A DNA stretch of 64,000 nucleotides from an uncultured Acidobacteriota bacterium (GTDB taxonomy: Bacteria > Acidobacteriota > Vicinamibacteria > Vicinamibacterales > JAKQTR01): positions 704,202-768,201 of the forward strand of contig CAWFQE010000002.1 in NCBI GenBank assembly GCA_963817885.1. Direction: 5' to 3'. This document shows positions 33,687 through 45,037 of the stretch, in pieces. The notes under the pieces are model-generated. The model did not search any database. It was not told the origin of the DNA and worked only from the letters and a program-made list of their open reading frames with translations. Positions within the stretch are counted from its first letter, which is position 1. Every line of letters begins with the position of its first letter. The position numbers and the translations under genes are program-made.

Positions 33687-35519
33687 TTACTCCCCGGCTG
33701 ATGTGGCCGGAAGTGAGGTCTCGGACGGAGCTGGTTGACTGGGTTCAGAGCCCGGCGCGCCGGGAATGCGAAGCGTGAAGCTGGTACCGACGCCGACCTC
33801 GCTTTGCACGTCGACCTGCACGCCGAGCCGGTCGGCGAGGTGTTTGACGATCGCGAGACCGAGACCCGTACCGCCCATCTCGCGGCTACGCGCCTGGTCC
33901 ACGCGGTAGAACCGCTCGAAGATCCGCGGCAGGTGTTCGGCGGGTATGCCCGGCCCGGTGTCGCGCACCTCGATCGAACAGTCGCCGCCGGGCCCGCTCG
34001 ACAGCCACAGGTCGACGCGCCCCTCGGGCGGTGTGTACTTCACCGCGTTGTCGAGGATGTTCTCGACGATGCGTCGAAGGTACTCGGGGTCGGTGATCAC
34101 CGTGACCGGCACCCGTGCCGCCACCGTCAGCGCCAGGCGCTTCTGAGCCGCCTGCGCCGAGAGGGCCGCAATCGCCTCGTCGACAATCTTCTCCGCCCTG
34201 ACGGGTTGCCAGGCCACGGGACGAGCGCGGGATTCGGCGTGCGCCAGCTCGAGCAGATCCGCGATGAGGGCCGCCATCTGGTCCGCGCGCACCCGGATCT
34301 TGGCCAGGAATCGCTGCGCCTGCTCGGGGCTCGTCAGCGCGCCGTCTTCGAGGGCTTCGACGTACCCGCGAATCGATGTCAACGGCGTCCGAAGCTCGTG
34401 CGAGGCGTTGGCGACGAAGTCCCGGCGCAGCTGTTCCACGCGCCGGCGCTCGGTGACGTCGTGAAACGTCAGCACGGCCCCGTGGGGGGAACCGGCCGCT
34501 CCGGGAAATGGCACGGCGACGACGAAACAGGTCCTTGCGACCTTGTGGAACTCTGCTTCGGCTTCCTGACGGCTGCCGGTCTTGAGGACGGCGTCGATCA
34601 GTCCGGCGACGACGCTGTGCCGGACTGCCGAGAGATAGTGCTCGCCGATGGGGCGATTCAGCTCGAGCGTCCGTTGCAGGCTCGGATTCGCCAGCAGCAC
34701 CGTGCCTTCGTGATCCACGGCCAGGAGTCCGTCTTCGATGACGGCGAGAATCGCGTCGGTCCGGGCGCCGTCGCGAACGGCGTCGGCCAGACGCGCCTGC
34801 AGCTGGCCGATGGCCTTGTTGAGAATTCGAGCGAGCTCCCCCACCTCGTCGTCCCGCCTGACGGGCACGTTCACGTCGACGTCCCCCGCCGCGAATCGGC
34901 GGGCGGCGTGCATCAGGTCCCTGAGCGGCCCGGCGAGGCGTGCGGCGAAGAGGGTCGAGACGATGCCGGTGATGACGAACGCGATGATGAGCGCGGCTCC
35001 GACGGCCGCCTCGAAGCGCCGCACCTCGTCGTCGATGTCAGAGAGCGTCCGCGCGACGCGCAGGACGGCCACGACGCCGCCCTCGTGTCGAACCGGCACG
35101 GCCACGTAGAGGAAATCCTGTCCGACTGTGGCACTGTGCCTGATGCTCTGGCCATGTCCGGTCGCGAGAGCCTGCCGGACCTCGGGGCGTGAACCGTGGT
35201 TCTCCAGCTTCAGCAGGTCCTCTCCGGAAACCGCCGAGTCGCCGAGAACACGCCCGTCGGGCGCGACGAGCGTCACGCGCGACTCGGCCCTTCGAGCCGC
35301 CTCGTCGACCAGGGCGTCCAGCGTCGCCATGCTCGAACCGCTCTCCACGGGCTGTTCCAGGCCGGGCGCAATGAGCGAGGCCTGGGCGGTCAATGCGTCA
35401 GCGGTCTCATCGACGGCTCGCGCGCGAAGCCGGGGGCCGACCAGCAGCAGGACCGCCAGCAGGGCGACGGCGCTCACCGTCATCGACGCGAGCGCGATCC
35501 GAAGCCGCAGCCCCTTCAT
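33687..35519 (-). CDS. phoR: phosphate-regulon sensor histidine kinase, PhoR-like (TM-HAMP-PAS-HisKA-HATPase_c)
   Basis: start MKGLRLRIALASMTVSAVALLAVLLL; H-box ANASHELRTPLTSIRGY; N/G boxes NILDNAVKYTPPEG, DTGPGIPAEHLPRIFERFYRVD, GGTGLGLAIVKH; operon position after phoB. Confidence 0.8.
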   Translation of the reverse strand: MKGLRLRIALASMTVSAVALLAVLLLVGPRLRARAVDETADALTAQASLIAPGLEQPVESGSSMATLDALVDEAARRAESRVTLVAPDGRVLGDSAVSGEDLLKLENHGSRPEVRQALATGHGQSIRHSATVGQDFLYVAVPVRHEGGVVAVLRVARTLSDIDDEVRRFEAAVGAALIIAFVITGIVSTLFAARLAGPLRDLMHAARRFAAGDVDVNVPVRRDDEVGELARILNKAIGQLQARLADAVRDGARTDAILAVIEDGLLAVDHEGTVLLANPSLQRTLELNRPIGEHYLSAVRHSVVAGLIDAVLKTGSRQEAEAEFHKVARTCFVVAVPFPGAAGSPHGAVLTFHDVTERRRVEQLRRDFVANASHELRTPLTSIRGYVEALEDGALTSPEQAQRFLAKIRVRADQMAALIADLLELAHAESRARPVAWQPVRAEKIVDEAIAALSAQAAQKRLALTVAARVPVTVITDPEYLRRIVENILDNAVKYTPPEGRVDLWLSSGPGGDCSIEVRDTGPGIPAEHLPRIFERFYRVDQARSREMGGTGLGLAIVKHLADRLGVQVDVQSEVGVGTSFTLRIPGAPGSEPSQPAPSETSLPATSAGE

Positions 35520-36211
35520 GCAGCCTCCGAGGTCTCCATCAGTCGATATCCGAGCAGCTTCACGGTGACGATCGCCCGGGCCAATCCCGGGAGCTTCTCC
35601 CGAAGGCGCCTGACGTGGACGTCGACCGTTCGCGTCCCCTCGGTGTACGAATAGCCCCAGATTTCCTCGAGCAGGCGCTGGCGCGACAGCACCCGGCCGC
35701 GTGCGTCGAGCAGCGCCACGAGCAGGTCGAACTCCTTGGCCGTCAGGTGGATGTCCTGGCCGTCCCACGCCACGGTGTGCCGTTCGCGATCGACGCGAAG
35801 TGGCCCGCGCGTGATCACGGGGATCGGCTCCTGTCCGGGCCGGTCGATTCGCCGGAACAGCGCGTGGATCCTCGCCACGACTTCCTTCGGGCTGAACGGC
35901 TTCACGATGTAATCGTCGGCCCCGACCTCCAGGCCCACGATTCGATCGGTCTCCTCCCCCTTCGCGGTGAGCATGATGATGGGGATATCGCCCGAGCGCC
36001 GGTCACGCCGCATTTCACGGCACACCGAAAGCCCGTCGAGCCTCGGCAACTGCAGGTCGAGGATCAGCAGCTGGTATCGATTTGCCTGCACGTATTCCAG
36101 CGCGGATCGGCCATCCGTTGTGCTGTCCACGCTCCACCCGTCCAGTTCGAGATAGTGAGTCAGCAGTTCGACGATGTCGGGATCGTCTTCGACCACCAGC
36201 ACTCTGCGCAT
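35516..36211 (-). CDS. phoB: OmpR-family response regulator, PhoB-like
   Basis: RVLVVEDDPDIVELL...LLILDLQLPRLDGLSVCREMR...IIMLTAKGEETDRIVGLEVGADDYIVKPFSPKE; winged-helix C-terminus LTAKEFDLLVALL...RTVDVHVRRLREKL. Confidence 0.85.
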   Translation of the reverse strand: MRRVLVVEDDPDIVELLTHYLELDGWSVDSTTDGRSALEYVQANRYQLLILDLQLPRLDGLSVCREMRRDRRSGDIPIIMLTAKGEETDRIVGLEVGADDYIVKPFSPKEVVARIHALFRRIDRPGQEPIPVITRGPLRVDRERHTVAWDGQDIHLTAKEFDLLVALLDARGRVLSRQRLLEEIWGYSYTEGTRTVDVHVRRLREKLPGLARAIVTVKLLGYRLMETSEAA

Positions 36212-36229
36212 GGGCATGACTCCGGGCGG

Positions 36230-36919
36230 TTATTGCGGGCCGGCGCTCCCGCCAGGCGGTTCTTCGTGATGATGTCGGACATCCCTGGCTTCCACCACGA
36301 ATATCGTATCCTCGGCGATGTTGGTCGCGTGATCGGCGATCCGCTCGAGGCACCGGCTGACGAGCAGCAGCTCGAGGGCGCGTTCAATCGTTCCGGCGTC
36401 CTCCATCATGTAGGTCAGCAGCTCGCGGAACAGCTGGTCCTTCAGGGCATCGACCTCGTCGTCCTGGGCGAGCACGCGGCGGGCGAGCGTCGCGTCGCGC
36501 CTGGCGAAGGCGTCGAGGCTGTCGCGAGTCATGGCCGACGCCATGTTCGCCATCCTCGGAATGTCGATGAGGGGTTTGAGCAGCGGCAGGTTCACCAGCT
36601 TGAGAGCGTGCTCCGCGATATTCACGGCCTGATCGCCGATTCGCTCGAGATCCGAGTTGATCTTCATCGCGGCCGCAATGGTCCGCAGGTCGGTCGCCCT
36701 GGGATTCATCAGCGCGAGAATCTTCACGCAGCGCTCGTCGATTTCGATTTGCAGCTCGTTGATCTCGGAATCGCCGTTGATCACGCGGTGCGCCAGCTCG
36801 GCACGGCGATCCACCAGGGCCTGAATGGCGAGCTGGACGCGCTCCTCCACGAGCGCGGCCATCGCCAACAGCCGCGTCTTCAACGCCCGCAACCCGTCCT
36901 CGAAGTGGAAATGTTCCAC
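36230..36919 (-). CDS. phoU: phosphate signalling complex protein PhoU
   Basis: GTG start overlapping pstB stop by 1 nt; two PhoU repeats (AIQALVDRRAELAHRVINGDSEINELQIEIDERCVKILALMNPRATDLR..., ...DEVDALKDQLFRELLTYMMEDAGTIERALELLLVSRCLERIADHATNIAE). Confidence 0.85.
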   Translation of the reverse strand: MEHFHFEDGLRALKTRLLAMAALVEERVQLAIQALVDRRAELAHRVINGDSEINELQIEIDERCVKILALMNPRATDLRTIAAAMKINSDLERIGDQAVNIAEHALKLVNLPLLKPLIDIPRMANMASAMTRDSLDAFARRDATLARRVLAQDDEVDALKDQLFRELLTYMMEDAGTIERALELLLVSRCLERIADHATNIAEDTIFVVEARDVRHHHEEPPGGSAGPQ

Positions 36920-37791
36920 TAGCCGAACCTCCCGGTGATGTAGGCCTCGGTATGGGCCTCCCGCGGGTTGGTGAACAACTCCGCCGTGCCGCTGTACTCG
37001 ATCAGACGACCCAACCAGAAGAAGGCCGTCTGGTCGGACACCCGCGCGGCCTGCTGCAGGTTGTGCGTGACGATGACAATAGTGTAGTCCCGCTTCAGCT
37101 CGAAGATCAGTTCCTCGATCCGGGCGGTCGCGATCGGATCGAGGGCCGAGCACGGCTCGTCCATCAGGATGATCTCCGGCTCGATCGCGATGGCCCGGGC
37201 GATGCAGAGCCGTTGCTGCTGCCCGCCCGAGAGCGACAGCCCGTTGCTCGTCAGCCGGTCCTTGACCTCGTCCCACAGCGCCGCCCCGCGCAGCGACCGT
37301 TCGCAGGCCTCATCGAGCGTCGTCTTGTCACGGATTCCGGCAATTCGCAGCCCGTAGACCACGTTTTCGTAGATCGATTTGGGGAGCGGGTTGGATTTCT
37401 GGAACACCATGCCCACTTTCCGCCGAATCTCGATGACGTCCGTGTCCGTCGAGAAGACGTCCCGGCCCATCACATCGATCCTCCCCGTCACGCGAACGTT
37501 GTCGATGAGGTCGTTCATCCGGTTGAAGCATCTCAGCAGGGTCGACTTCCCGCACCCGGAAGGACCAATGAACGCCGTCGCCTGCCTGGGCGGGATCTCC
37601 ATGCCGACGTCGAACAGCGCCTGATTGTCTCCATACCAGAGGTTGGCACCCTGGATCACGATGGCTGGTTCGGGTGGGGCCTGGTTCCGGGACTGTCCCG
37701 ACCGCTCCTGGTCGGCACTCGACCCGGGCGCCGGCGGGGAAACACGAATCACGGGCCCCGGCCCGTGGTTCGCCAACTGGAATCCATTCAT
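36919..37791 (-). CDS. pstB: phosphate ABC transporter ATP-binding protein PstB
   Basis: Walker [10 protein letters not shown], signature [16 protein letters not shown], Walker [12 protein letters not shown]; PstB-specific C-terminus. Confidence 0.9.
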   Translation of the reverse strand: MNGFQLANHGPGPVIRVSPPAPGSSADQERSGQSRNQAPPEPAIVIQGANLWYGDNQALFDVGMEIPPRQATAFIGPSGCGKSTLLRCFNRMNDLIDNVRVTGRIDVMGRDVFSTDTDVIEIRRKVGMVFQKSNPLPKSIYENVVYGLRIAGIRDKTTLDEACERSLRGAALWDEVKDRLTSNGLSLSGGQQQRLCIARAIAIEPEIILMDEPCSALDPIATARIEELIFELKRDYTIVIVTHNLQQAARVSDQTAFFWLGRLIEYSGTAELFTNPREAHTEAYITGRFG

Positions 37792-37800
37792 GCCCAACTC

Positions 37801-39383
37801 CTAGAAGGCGGAGACCTGGTAACGCTTCTTCAGCCTGTTTCGCACGATGATGCCCGTCAGGTTCAGGAGCACGACAATCACGAGCAGGAGGATCGTGGTG
37901 GCGTACACCATGGGCTTGGCCGCCTCGACGTTCGGGCTCTGGAACCCGACGTCGTAGATGTGAAAGCCCAGGTGCATGAACTTCCGCTCCAGGTGGACGA
38001 ACGGAAAGATGCCGTCAACGGGCAGGTCGGGCGCCAGCTTCACGACCCCGGTGATCATGAGGGGCGCGACTTCGCCCGCTCCGCGCGCCATCGCCAGGAT
38101 CAGGCCAGTCAGGATGCCCGGCGCGGCCGCCGGCAACACCACCCGCAGGATCGTCTGGAACTTGGTGGCGCCCACGGCCAGAGAGGCCTCGCGCATCGAG
38201 CGCGGCACGGCCGCCAGCGCTTCCTCCGCCGCGACAATGACGACCGGGACCGTCAGCAGGCCGAGCGTGAGGGAGGCCCACAGAATGCCGCCCGTGCCGA
38301 AGGTCGGCGTCGGCAGCCGCTCGGGATAGAACGTCCGGTCGATCGCGCCACCGACGAGATAGACGAAGAACCCGAGGCCGAACACGCCGAAGACGATCGA
38401 GGGCACGCCCGCCAGGTTGTTCACGGCAATCCGCACGAGCCGCACGAGGACGCCTGCCTTGGCGTATTCCCGCAGGTAGACGGCGGCGACCACGCCGAAC
38501 GGCACGGCGAGCAGGCTCATGATCATGACCATCATGACGGTGCCGAAGATGGCCGGGAGGATGCCGCCCTCCGTGTTCGACTCGCGCGGGTCGCTCGAGA
38601 GGAACTCCCAGAGCCGGCTCGCATAGATCTTCGCGCGCGAGGCCGTCGAAAGCTGGTTCGGGGCATACACACGAAAGAGGTCGAGCGTGGGCAGCTGCTT
38701 CTCGCCACCGTCGATGGCTCGCAAGGTCAGCCGGATTCGGGACGCGGTCTCGGCCGCGTGGCTCAACTGCAGTTCCAGCTGACCGTAACGCGCCTTCAAT
38801 TCCGGGTCCGCTGGCCGATGTCGGCCCGATCCGTACGCTGGGACTCGGCAGATCGGCGCCTCGTGCGGCGGCAAGGTCCAGTTTTCGCGACCGCAGCCGC
38901 TCGCGTTCGAGCTCGGCGTTGACCTGGGCAATCTCGCCCCGCTCGAGAGCGCGAATCGCGGCCCGGTCCCGCGCGGCCTGCTCGACCAGAGGCGTGAGCG
39001 CCTGCCGCACATTCTCCGACGCCGGACGTCGACCGTCCGGTCGCCGTCAGTCAGGAGCGTCGCCCATCCGATGAAGGGGCCGTACTCGCGCCGTTCGACG
39101 TAGAGCGACGTCGGCCGGGTAGCTGATGGATGCTATCGCCGCCTCGTCGACCCACCGAAGTCCGCGGCCGCCAGATCGCGATTGCCCATGCTTGATCTGC
39201 AGTCGGAACCGCGGGAGGTGTTCCGCGGTGCCCGGCGCCGGAATCGCTTCGCGGTCGCTCGATTTCACCGAGCAGCACCGTCCCGTCCTTCAGCGTGAGC
39301 TTCGCCACGGGTCGCGGCCAGAAGAACCCGAGGCCGTTCACGAGGATGAGGCCGATCATCCCCGCAATCATCAGCAGGCACAC
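37801..39383 (-). CDS. pstA: phosphate ABC transporter permease PstA, long form with periplasmic insert; at least 2-3 frameshifts
   Basis: MCLLMIAGMIGLILVNGLGFFWPRPVAKLTLKDG (TM1) in one frame, coiled-coil insert in a second, and the PstA core (ILPAIFGTVMMVMIMSLLAVPFGVVAAVYLREYA...MARGAGEVAPLMITG...) in a third. Confidence 0.6.
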
Positions 39384-39453
39384 GCCGAGACCGCTGCCGC
39401 TCAGCCAGAGGCCAGGGTCGCCGCGCCGGAAGCAGGGCTCGCAAGGTGTCCCA

Positions 39454-41726
39454 TCAGACCGCCTTGTATCGCTCGCGCAGCCGCTGGCGAATCAGCTCGG
39501 CAAGCGTGTTGACGACGAAGGTCATCGACGAAGAGCGAGGACGGCGGACAGGAACAGCGTCCGGTAGAGGGTGCCGCCGTAGGGCGCTTCGGGGATCTCG
39601 ACCGCGATGTTGGCCGCAAGCGTGCGGATGCCGTTGAAGATGGACCAGTCCATCAGCGGCGTGTTCCCGGTCGCCATCAGCACGATCATCGTCTCGCCGA
39701 CCGCGCGCCCGAAGCCCACCATGGTCGCCGAGAAGACCCCGGGACTCGCCGTGGGCAGCACCACGCGCACGGCCGTCTGCCAGCGGCTGGCACCGAGCGC
39801 GAGCGACGCGGCCGTCAGGCTGGACGGGACGCTGGAGAACGCGTCCTCGGAGATCGTGAAGATGATCGGGATCGACGGCGAAGCCCATGGCCAGGCCGAC
39901 GACGAGGCAGTTGCGCTGGTCGTAGGTCAGGCCGAGCGCCTGCCTCAGCCAGAAGCGCGCGTCGCCGGCGAACAGCCAGCCTTCGACCAGCGGCCCGAGC
40001 CGCACGCCAGCACCGCGCCAGCCAGGAGCAGCGGCACGATGAGCAGCAGCTCGGTGCCCGGCTTGAGGCGTGCCGCCAGCCGTCTGCGGCAGCAGTCGCC
40101 ACAGGAACACGCCCGAGGTGCCGGCGAGCGGCAGGAGCGGAATCATCATGAACACCGCGACGAGGTTCTTCTCGACGACCGACGCCAGATACAGGCCGGC
40201 GAGGAACCCGATGACGACCGACGGCAGCGCGGCCATGATCTCGACGGTCGGCTTGATCTTCGAGCGGATGGACGGGTGCACGAACTGCGAGGTGTAGAGC
40301 GCGCCGAGCACCGCCAGCGGAACCGCGAAGAGCATCGCGTAGAAGGTGCCCTTGATCGTGCCGAAGATGAGCGGGACGAGGCTCAACTTCGGTTCGAAGT
40401 CGTCGGTCGCGCCGGTCGACTGCCAGACGTACGCCGGGCGCGGATATCCCTCGTACCACGTCTTGCCGAACAGCGTCTTCCAGCTGACTTCCGGATGGGC
40501 GTTGTCGCAGGACGAACCGCGTGAGCGTCGATCCACGCAGCACGAACAGCCCGTCGGCCTTGGGCGTCAATCACCACGGCGCGAACGGCGCCGGCGCCGG
40601 CGAGCGTCAGCAGCGTACGTTCGGACGTCTGGTGCCGGAGCACGATGGACCCGTCGGCGCCGACCGTCACGAAACTGCGGTCCCGGGGCGACGGCACGAT
40701 GCGCGACGATGGCGCTGCCCTGCGGCTCGAAGACGTGCGCGCAGAGCATCGCGTCGGCGCCGCCCGCGCCGCCCGCCGCCCGGAACCAGCTGCGTGACCT
40801 CGCCGCGCGCGTGCCGGCCACGAACGACGGTCCGCCGATCAGCCACTCGAGCGCCGTGACGGGCCCGCGACCGACCGGCGACACGTCGGTCAGCTCGGCG
40901 CGTCCTCGACGACCCAGTGGTAGACGCGCCCCGATCGGTCCCCGCGATCAGCGCGCCTCCGCGTCCGGCCCGCGATGCCGGTGACGTGGCTCGCCCGGCT
41001 CTCGTCATCACCGACGCGCGGTGCTCGCCTCCGGCTCGTCGGTCCACCAGAGCGAGGACCGTCCGATCGTCAACGAGCGCCGCCACGAGCTTCCGGCCGT
41101 CCTGCTCGGCGTAGGACACCTGCCGGATCGGGCGTCCTGCCGGGTCGAGATCGATGAGCCCGCGGTCGCGGATCTCCACGGTCAGAGTCCGCTCATGGCC
41201 TGGTCGCGGTACTGCGGCGTGAATCGCAACCTGCATGAGCGCAACGCGACCATCCGAGCGAGCCGGCCGCGACGAACCCGCCGACGACACTTCGCGAGGC
41301 AGCCGTGACGGTGCACCGTCCAGGCCCGGCAACGGCAGCGCGTGCGCCGACGGCGCCCGTCGTCGTGTCGCGGAACACCAGTTGCGCGCTCGGGTCGACG
41401 TCGTAAGAGGTAGCGCTGGTATTCGTCCGACCCTCGCGCCATCAGAGCTGACGCCGTGCCGGAGGCCGCATCGGCAGCGAGCGTCGTCGTCGCCTGCCAG
41501 ATCCGCCGTGGCCGGACGGAACAACGGGCACCGCCTCGGCGGCGATGAACACGAGGATGCCGAGGACGCAGACGACGACGGCAGATGCCGCCGAGCGTGA
41601 TGGCAACGACCGCAGCCCGGTCGATGCGCTTGAGGCGCCGATCCGGCGGCTTGCGGCCGCCATCTCGTTCGCGAACGGCGATGGGACGGTAGATGGCATC
41701 TGAAGACAACGAAGGGCCGACGGCAC
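39454..41726 (-). CDS. pstC: phosphate ABC transporter permease PstC, long form with ~350-aa N-terminal extension; multiply frameshifted
   Basis: core motifs spread over three frames (EIMAALPSVVIGFLAGLYLASVV; GETMIVLMATGNTPLMDW; C-terminus FVVNTLAELIRQRLRERYKAV*); N-terminal part recognisable only as fragments, so 5' boundary is approximate. Confidence 0.45.
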
Positions 41727-41792
41727 ATCCGGCCGCCGGCCCGCGCCGAGCGGCCTGAGCCCGGACGTATCCGGCCCGGGCCTCCGCGCGCA

Positions 41793-42766
41793 CTACTTCA
41801 GGATCTTGGCCAGTTCCTGCCGGCACTGCGCCGCGGTGAGCGGCATGTAGCCGTCCTTCACCACGACTTCCTGGCCCTGCTTGCTGAAGATGAGCTTCAC
41901 GAACTCGGCCACGAGCGGATCGAGCGTCTTGCCCGGGGCCTTGTTGACGTAGATGTAGAGGAATCGCCACAGCGGGTACTTGCCGCTCTTCACGTCCTCG
42001 TAGGAGCCGTCGGACGCAGGGTCCCTTGTCGGTCTCGGCCAGCAGCAGCGGCCGCACGCCGGAGGTCCGGTAGCCGATGCCGCTGTAGCCGATGCCGAAA
42101 CCGATCCTCGGTCACGCCCTGGACGACCGAGGCCGAGCCCGGCTGCTCCTTGACGGTGTCCTTGTAGTCACCGTTCCTGAGCGTGTGCTCCTTGAAGAAC
42201 CCGTAGGTGCCGCTGGCCGAGTTGCGGCCGTAGAGGCTGATCGGCCGATTCGCCCAGTCGCCGGTCAGCCCGAGCTGGCCCCAGGTCGTGATGTTCTCCT
42301 TGTAGCCGCGCTTGCGTGTCTTGCCGAAGATGGCCTCGACCTGCGCCAGGGTGAGCTGCTTGAGCGGGTTGTCCTTGTTCACGTAGACGGCGAGTGCGTC
42401 GTAGCTGGTGCGCAGCTCGCGTCGGCTTGTAGCCGTACTTCGATTCGAACTGATCGATCTCGCTCGCCCGCATCTCACGCGACATCGGGCCCAACCTGCG
42501 AGGTCCCGGCGATCAGCGCCGGCGGAGCGGTGCCCGAGCCCTTCCCTTCGACCTGGATCTTGACGTTCGGGTAGAACTGCCGGAACGTCTCGGCCCAGAG
42601 CGTCATCATGTTGTTCATCGTGTCGGAACCGACGCTGTTCAGGTTGCCTGACACGCCGCTCGACCTTCTCGTAGGACGGCAACGCGGAGTCCACCTTGAC
42701 CGCCTGGGCGGTGATGAGAGCGGCGGCAGCCATGACGGCCGCCCCGGCTAGCAATACGCGCTTCAT
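41793..42766 (-). CDS. pstS: phosphate-binding protein PstS; at least 2 frameshifts
   Basis: signal peptide [22 protein letters not shown]; middle segments in other frames; C-terminal [41 protein letters not shown]. Confidence 0.6.
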
Positions 42767-42883
42767 GAATCGAACCTCCGAGTCCTTCGGCAAACCGTCT
42801 CGCAGCCTGTTCAGCCTATCGAGCGCCCGGTCTGCCCATGTTTCGCTCGTGTTAACTCCGTGTAACGAAAAGCCGGTCGCCGC

Positions 42884-44137
42884 CTACCACGTCCAGTAGA
42901 ACGTGACGCGAGCAACCGTGTCGTCCTTGGGCTTCGCGCCAGTCACGGGATTCGAGTACTTCACGAACTCGACGTTGGGGCTGACGCGGAGGTTCGGAAT
43001 GATGTAGACCTCGAGACCGCCGGTCGCGAAGGTGAAGGCTTCCTTGGTGTCGATCGGCAGGTAGTCGATTCCTGCGCCGTCCGGGGTCGGGTCATTGAAT
43101 CGGTCAACCCTTGCGAAGATCGACACCTTTCCGGGCTTGAGGTGGTAGACGCCAAAACCCGAGAGCACGTGCAGTTTCGTATCCGGCGTCCCGGCTGCCG
43201 CGGTGCTTGCCGGCTTGCGCTGCTGGTAGGTGTACTGGAACCCGACCCGCCCCATCTTGTCCTGGTATCCGGCGAAGGCCTGATAAGTCGTGCGATCTGC
43301 GCCGAGGGCCCTCGAGAAGACTCCGACGTACCCCTCGACCACGAACCCGGGATTCGTCTCATAGCGCGCTTCGAAGCGCAGCGCCTTGTTCTTGTCGACT
43401 TCGGCATTCGAACTGGAGTCGTTGGCCACCTGCGCTGAGTACTTCAGGGTTCCCGCCTCATTGATCGGGCCCGACAGCGTGACGCCGAAGTCTCGAGACG
43501 AGTCGAGCTTGTAGAGGTCATCGGCAGTCTTCTCGATGTGGCGCAGACCCCAGAAGGTGTCGATGAAGTCGAAGCTGGTGGTCGGCTGAATGCCGAGCAT
43601 GACCATCTGACGGCCGTAGTAGTTCCACCGAATCCAGCCATCCTTGACATACGGCGCCAGACTGCCGCCTGCCATGGTGCCGTTGCTGTTCATCTCGAGG
43701 CGCCACCGCATCGAGACCTTCGGCGACAGGGTCTGGTCGTAGCTGAAGTAGAGGCGTCGGAACCAGAAGCCGTTCTGCTGGTCGAACTTGGCCACGTGGT
43801 CCGCGTTGAAATTGTAGAAGTCTCCGAAGACCAGCCCGCTGAACTTGTACGGCGGCGGGGCCGGAGCAGGCGCGGGGGGTTCGGAGACGGGAACCGACAA
43901 CCCGTGCTTGAAGAAGAACAGCTGGAGGGCGCGCTCGTTGTCGCCGACCACGGTCTCACCGTTGGGCCCCGCGTCCAGCTTGGTGATGCCGACGCCCATC
44001 TCGCCAGACTTCTCGAAGCGATCCGCATTGGCGGCGACGTTGAAAACGTAGATCCTTCCGTCCTTGGTGACTTCCTTGTAGTAGAACCCCTGCGCTGACG
44101 CCAAGGATGACAGGAGCCCCAGGGCCATCACCGCCAT
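42884..44137 (-). CDS. outer-membrane beta-barrel porin-like protein upstream of pstS (candidate phosphate-selective porin)
   Basis: signal peptide MAVMALGLLSSLASAQG; alternating amphipathic strands; aromatic C-terminus RVTFYWTW; first gene upstream of the pst operon. Confidence 0.45.
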   Translation of the reverse strand: MAVMALGLLSSLASAQGFYYKEVTKDGRIYVFNVAANADRFEKSGEMGVGITKLDAGPNGETVVGDNERALQLFFFKHGLSVPVSEPPAPAPAPPPYKFSGLVFGDFYNFNADHVAKFDQQNGFWFRRLYFSYDQTLSPKVSMRWRLEMNSNGTMAGGSLAPYVKDGWIRWNYYGRQMVMLGIQPTTSFDFIDTFWGLRHIEKTADDLYKLDSSRDFGVTLSGPINEAGTLKYSAQVANDSSSNAEVDKNKALRFEARYETNPGFVVEGYVGVFSRALGADRTTYQAFAGYQDKMGRVGFQYTYQQRKPASTAAAGTPDTKLHVLSGFGVYHLKPGKVSIFARVDRFNDPTPDGAGIDYLPIDTKEAFTFATGGLEVYIIPNLRVSPNVEFVKYSNPVTGAKPKDDTVARVTFYWTW

Positions 44138-44454
44138 TACCGAGACGCCGGCAATCCGCCTGAACGTGCAACGCCACACCATCGTGTCATCCTCCTCGCG
44201 ACGCCCGGGCGCCGCAGAACAGAAGAAGAGGGTACGGCGTCAATGTTGCCGCGCAAGGGCGCCCGTGTTACGGAGAGGTAAATCCTTGCGGATTGAGGTT
44301 ACGTGATCCTGACAGGTGATGCGCCCCTCGGTGACTGGTTACAGACGCGCAAATTCTCGCGGATCGAAGAGCGGCTCGCGCGAATTCGGACCGGCAGCGA
44401 TGATGGATTGGGGTGAAGCCACTCGCGGCCTGGGCGGCCAGGCCGCCTTCGGCA

Positions 44455-44949
44455 TCAACTGAGCGGGGCCGCGCCGGACCGTGGGGGGTCGGAGCGACTC
44501 GGGGCCGGCGACGCGAGCCCATCGGCCTCCTCATAGGCCGCCAGGCAGGTCGGACAGATGCCGTGGCTGAAACGGGTCGCGGTCGTCCTCGAGATGTAGA
44601 CCTCGACGGGTTGCCACGACTCCACCCGCTCCGGATCCGAGTCCGGCACCCTGATCTTCTTGCAGACCGCGCAGATCGAGAGCAGGTCCTCGAGCTCCCG
44701 GATCCGGCTGACCGCAGCCGACAGCCGGCGGAAATAGCTGAGCAGCGCACCGGCCAGCACGGCAGTGACCAGTCCGGTGGCTCCTCCGACGTAGATGTGC
44801 TCCATGTCGAGCATGGGAATCTCGGGATGGAGCAGCTTGTCGACCAGCGCATTCAGGACCGAGAACAGAATGACGACGAATGACGCGAGCACGACGAGCA
44901 GACGAGGATGCTCGTTGAAGCGGGTAAGACGCTTGATCTCTTTGATCAT
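44455..44949 (-). CDS. small membrane-anchored protein with C-terminal Cys4/His zinc-finger-like module
   Basis: 164 aa; TMs LLVVLASFVVILFSVLNALV and GLVTAVLAGALLSYF; C-terminal ICAVCKKIRVPDSDPERVESWQPVEVYISRTTATRFSHGICPTCL; appears in the track only as the tail of the 910-aa read-through ORF. Confidence 0.45.
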   Translation of the reverse strand: MIKEIKRLTRFNEHPRLLVVLASFVVILFSVLNALVDKLLHPEIPMLDMEHIYVGGATGLVTAVLAGALLSYFRRLSAAVSRIRELEDLLSICAVCKKIRVPDSDPERVESWQPVEVYISRTTATRFSHGICPTCLAAYEEADGLASPAPSRSDPPRSGAAPLS

Positions 44950-45037
44950 CGACACATGCTCTCGTGCGCGGGCCGAAAGCCCGGCGCCGCTCGTTCGGCG
45001 CGCCGGGCCATGGCGGCTGACCTCGCTGACTGTCGTC

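Noticed and set aside
44138-44454. Possible tRNA or other ncRNA in the 317-bp spacer upstream of the porin-like gene
   Set aside because: No GGTTCGAATCC-type T-loop or cloverleaf pairing could be traced. Only weak imperfect palindromes are present.
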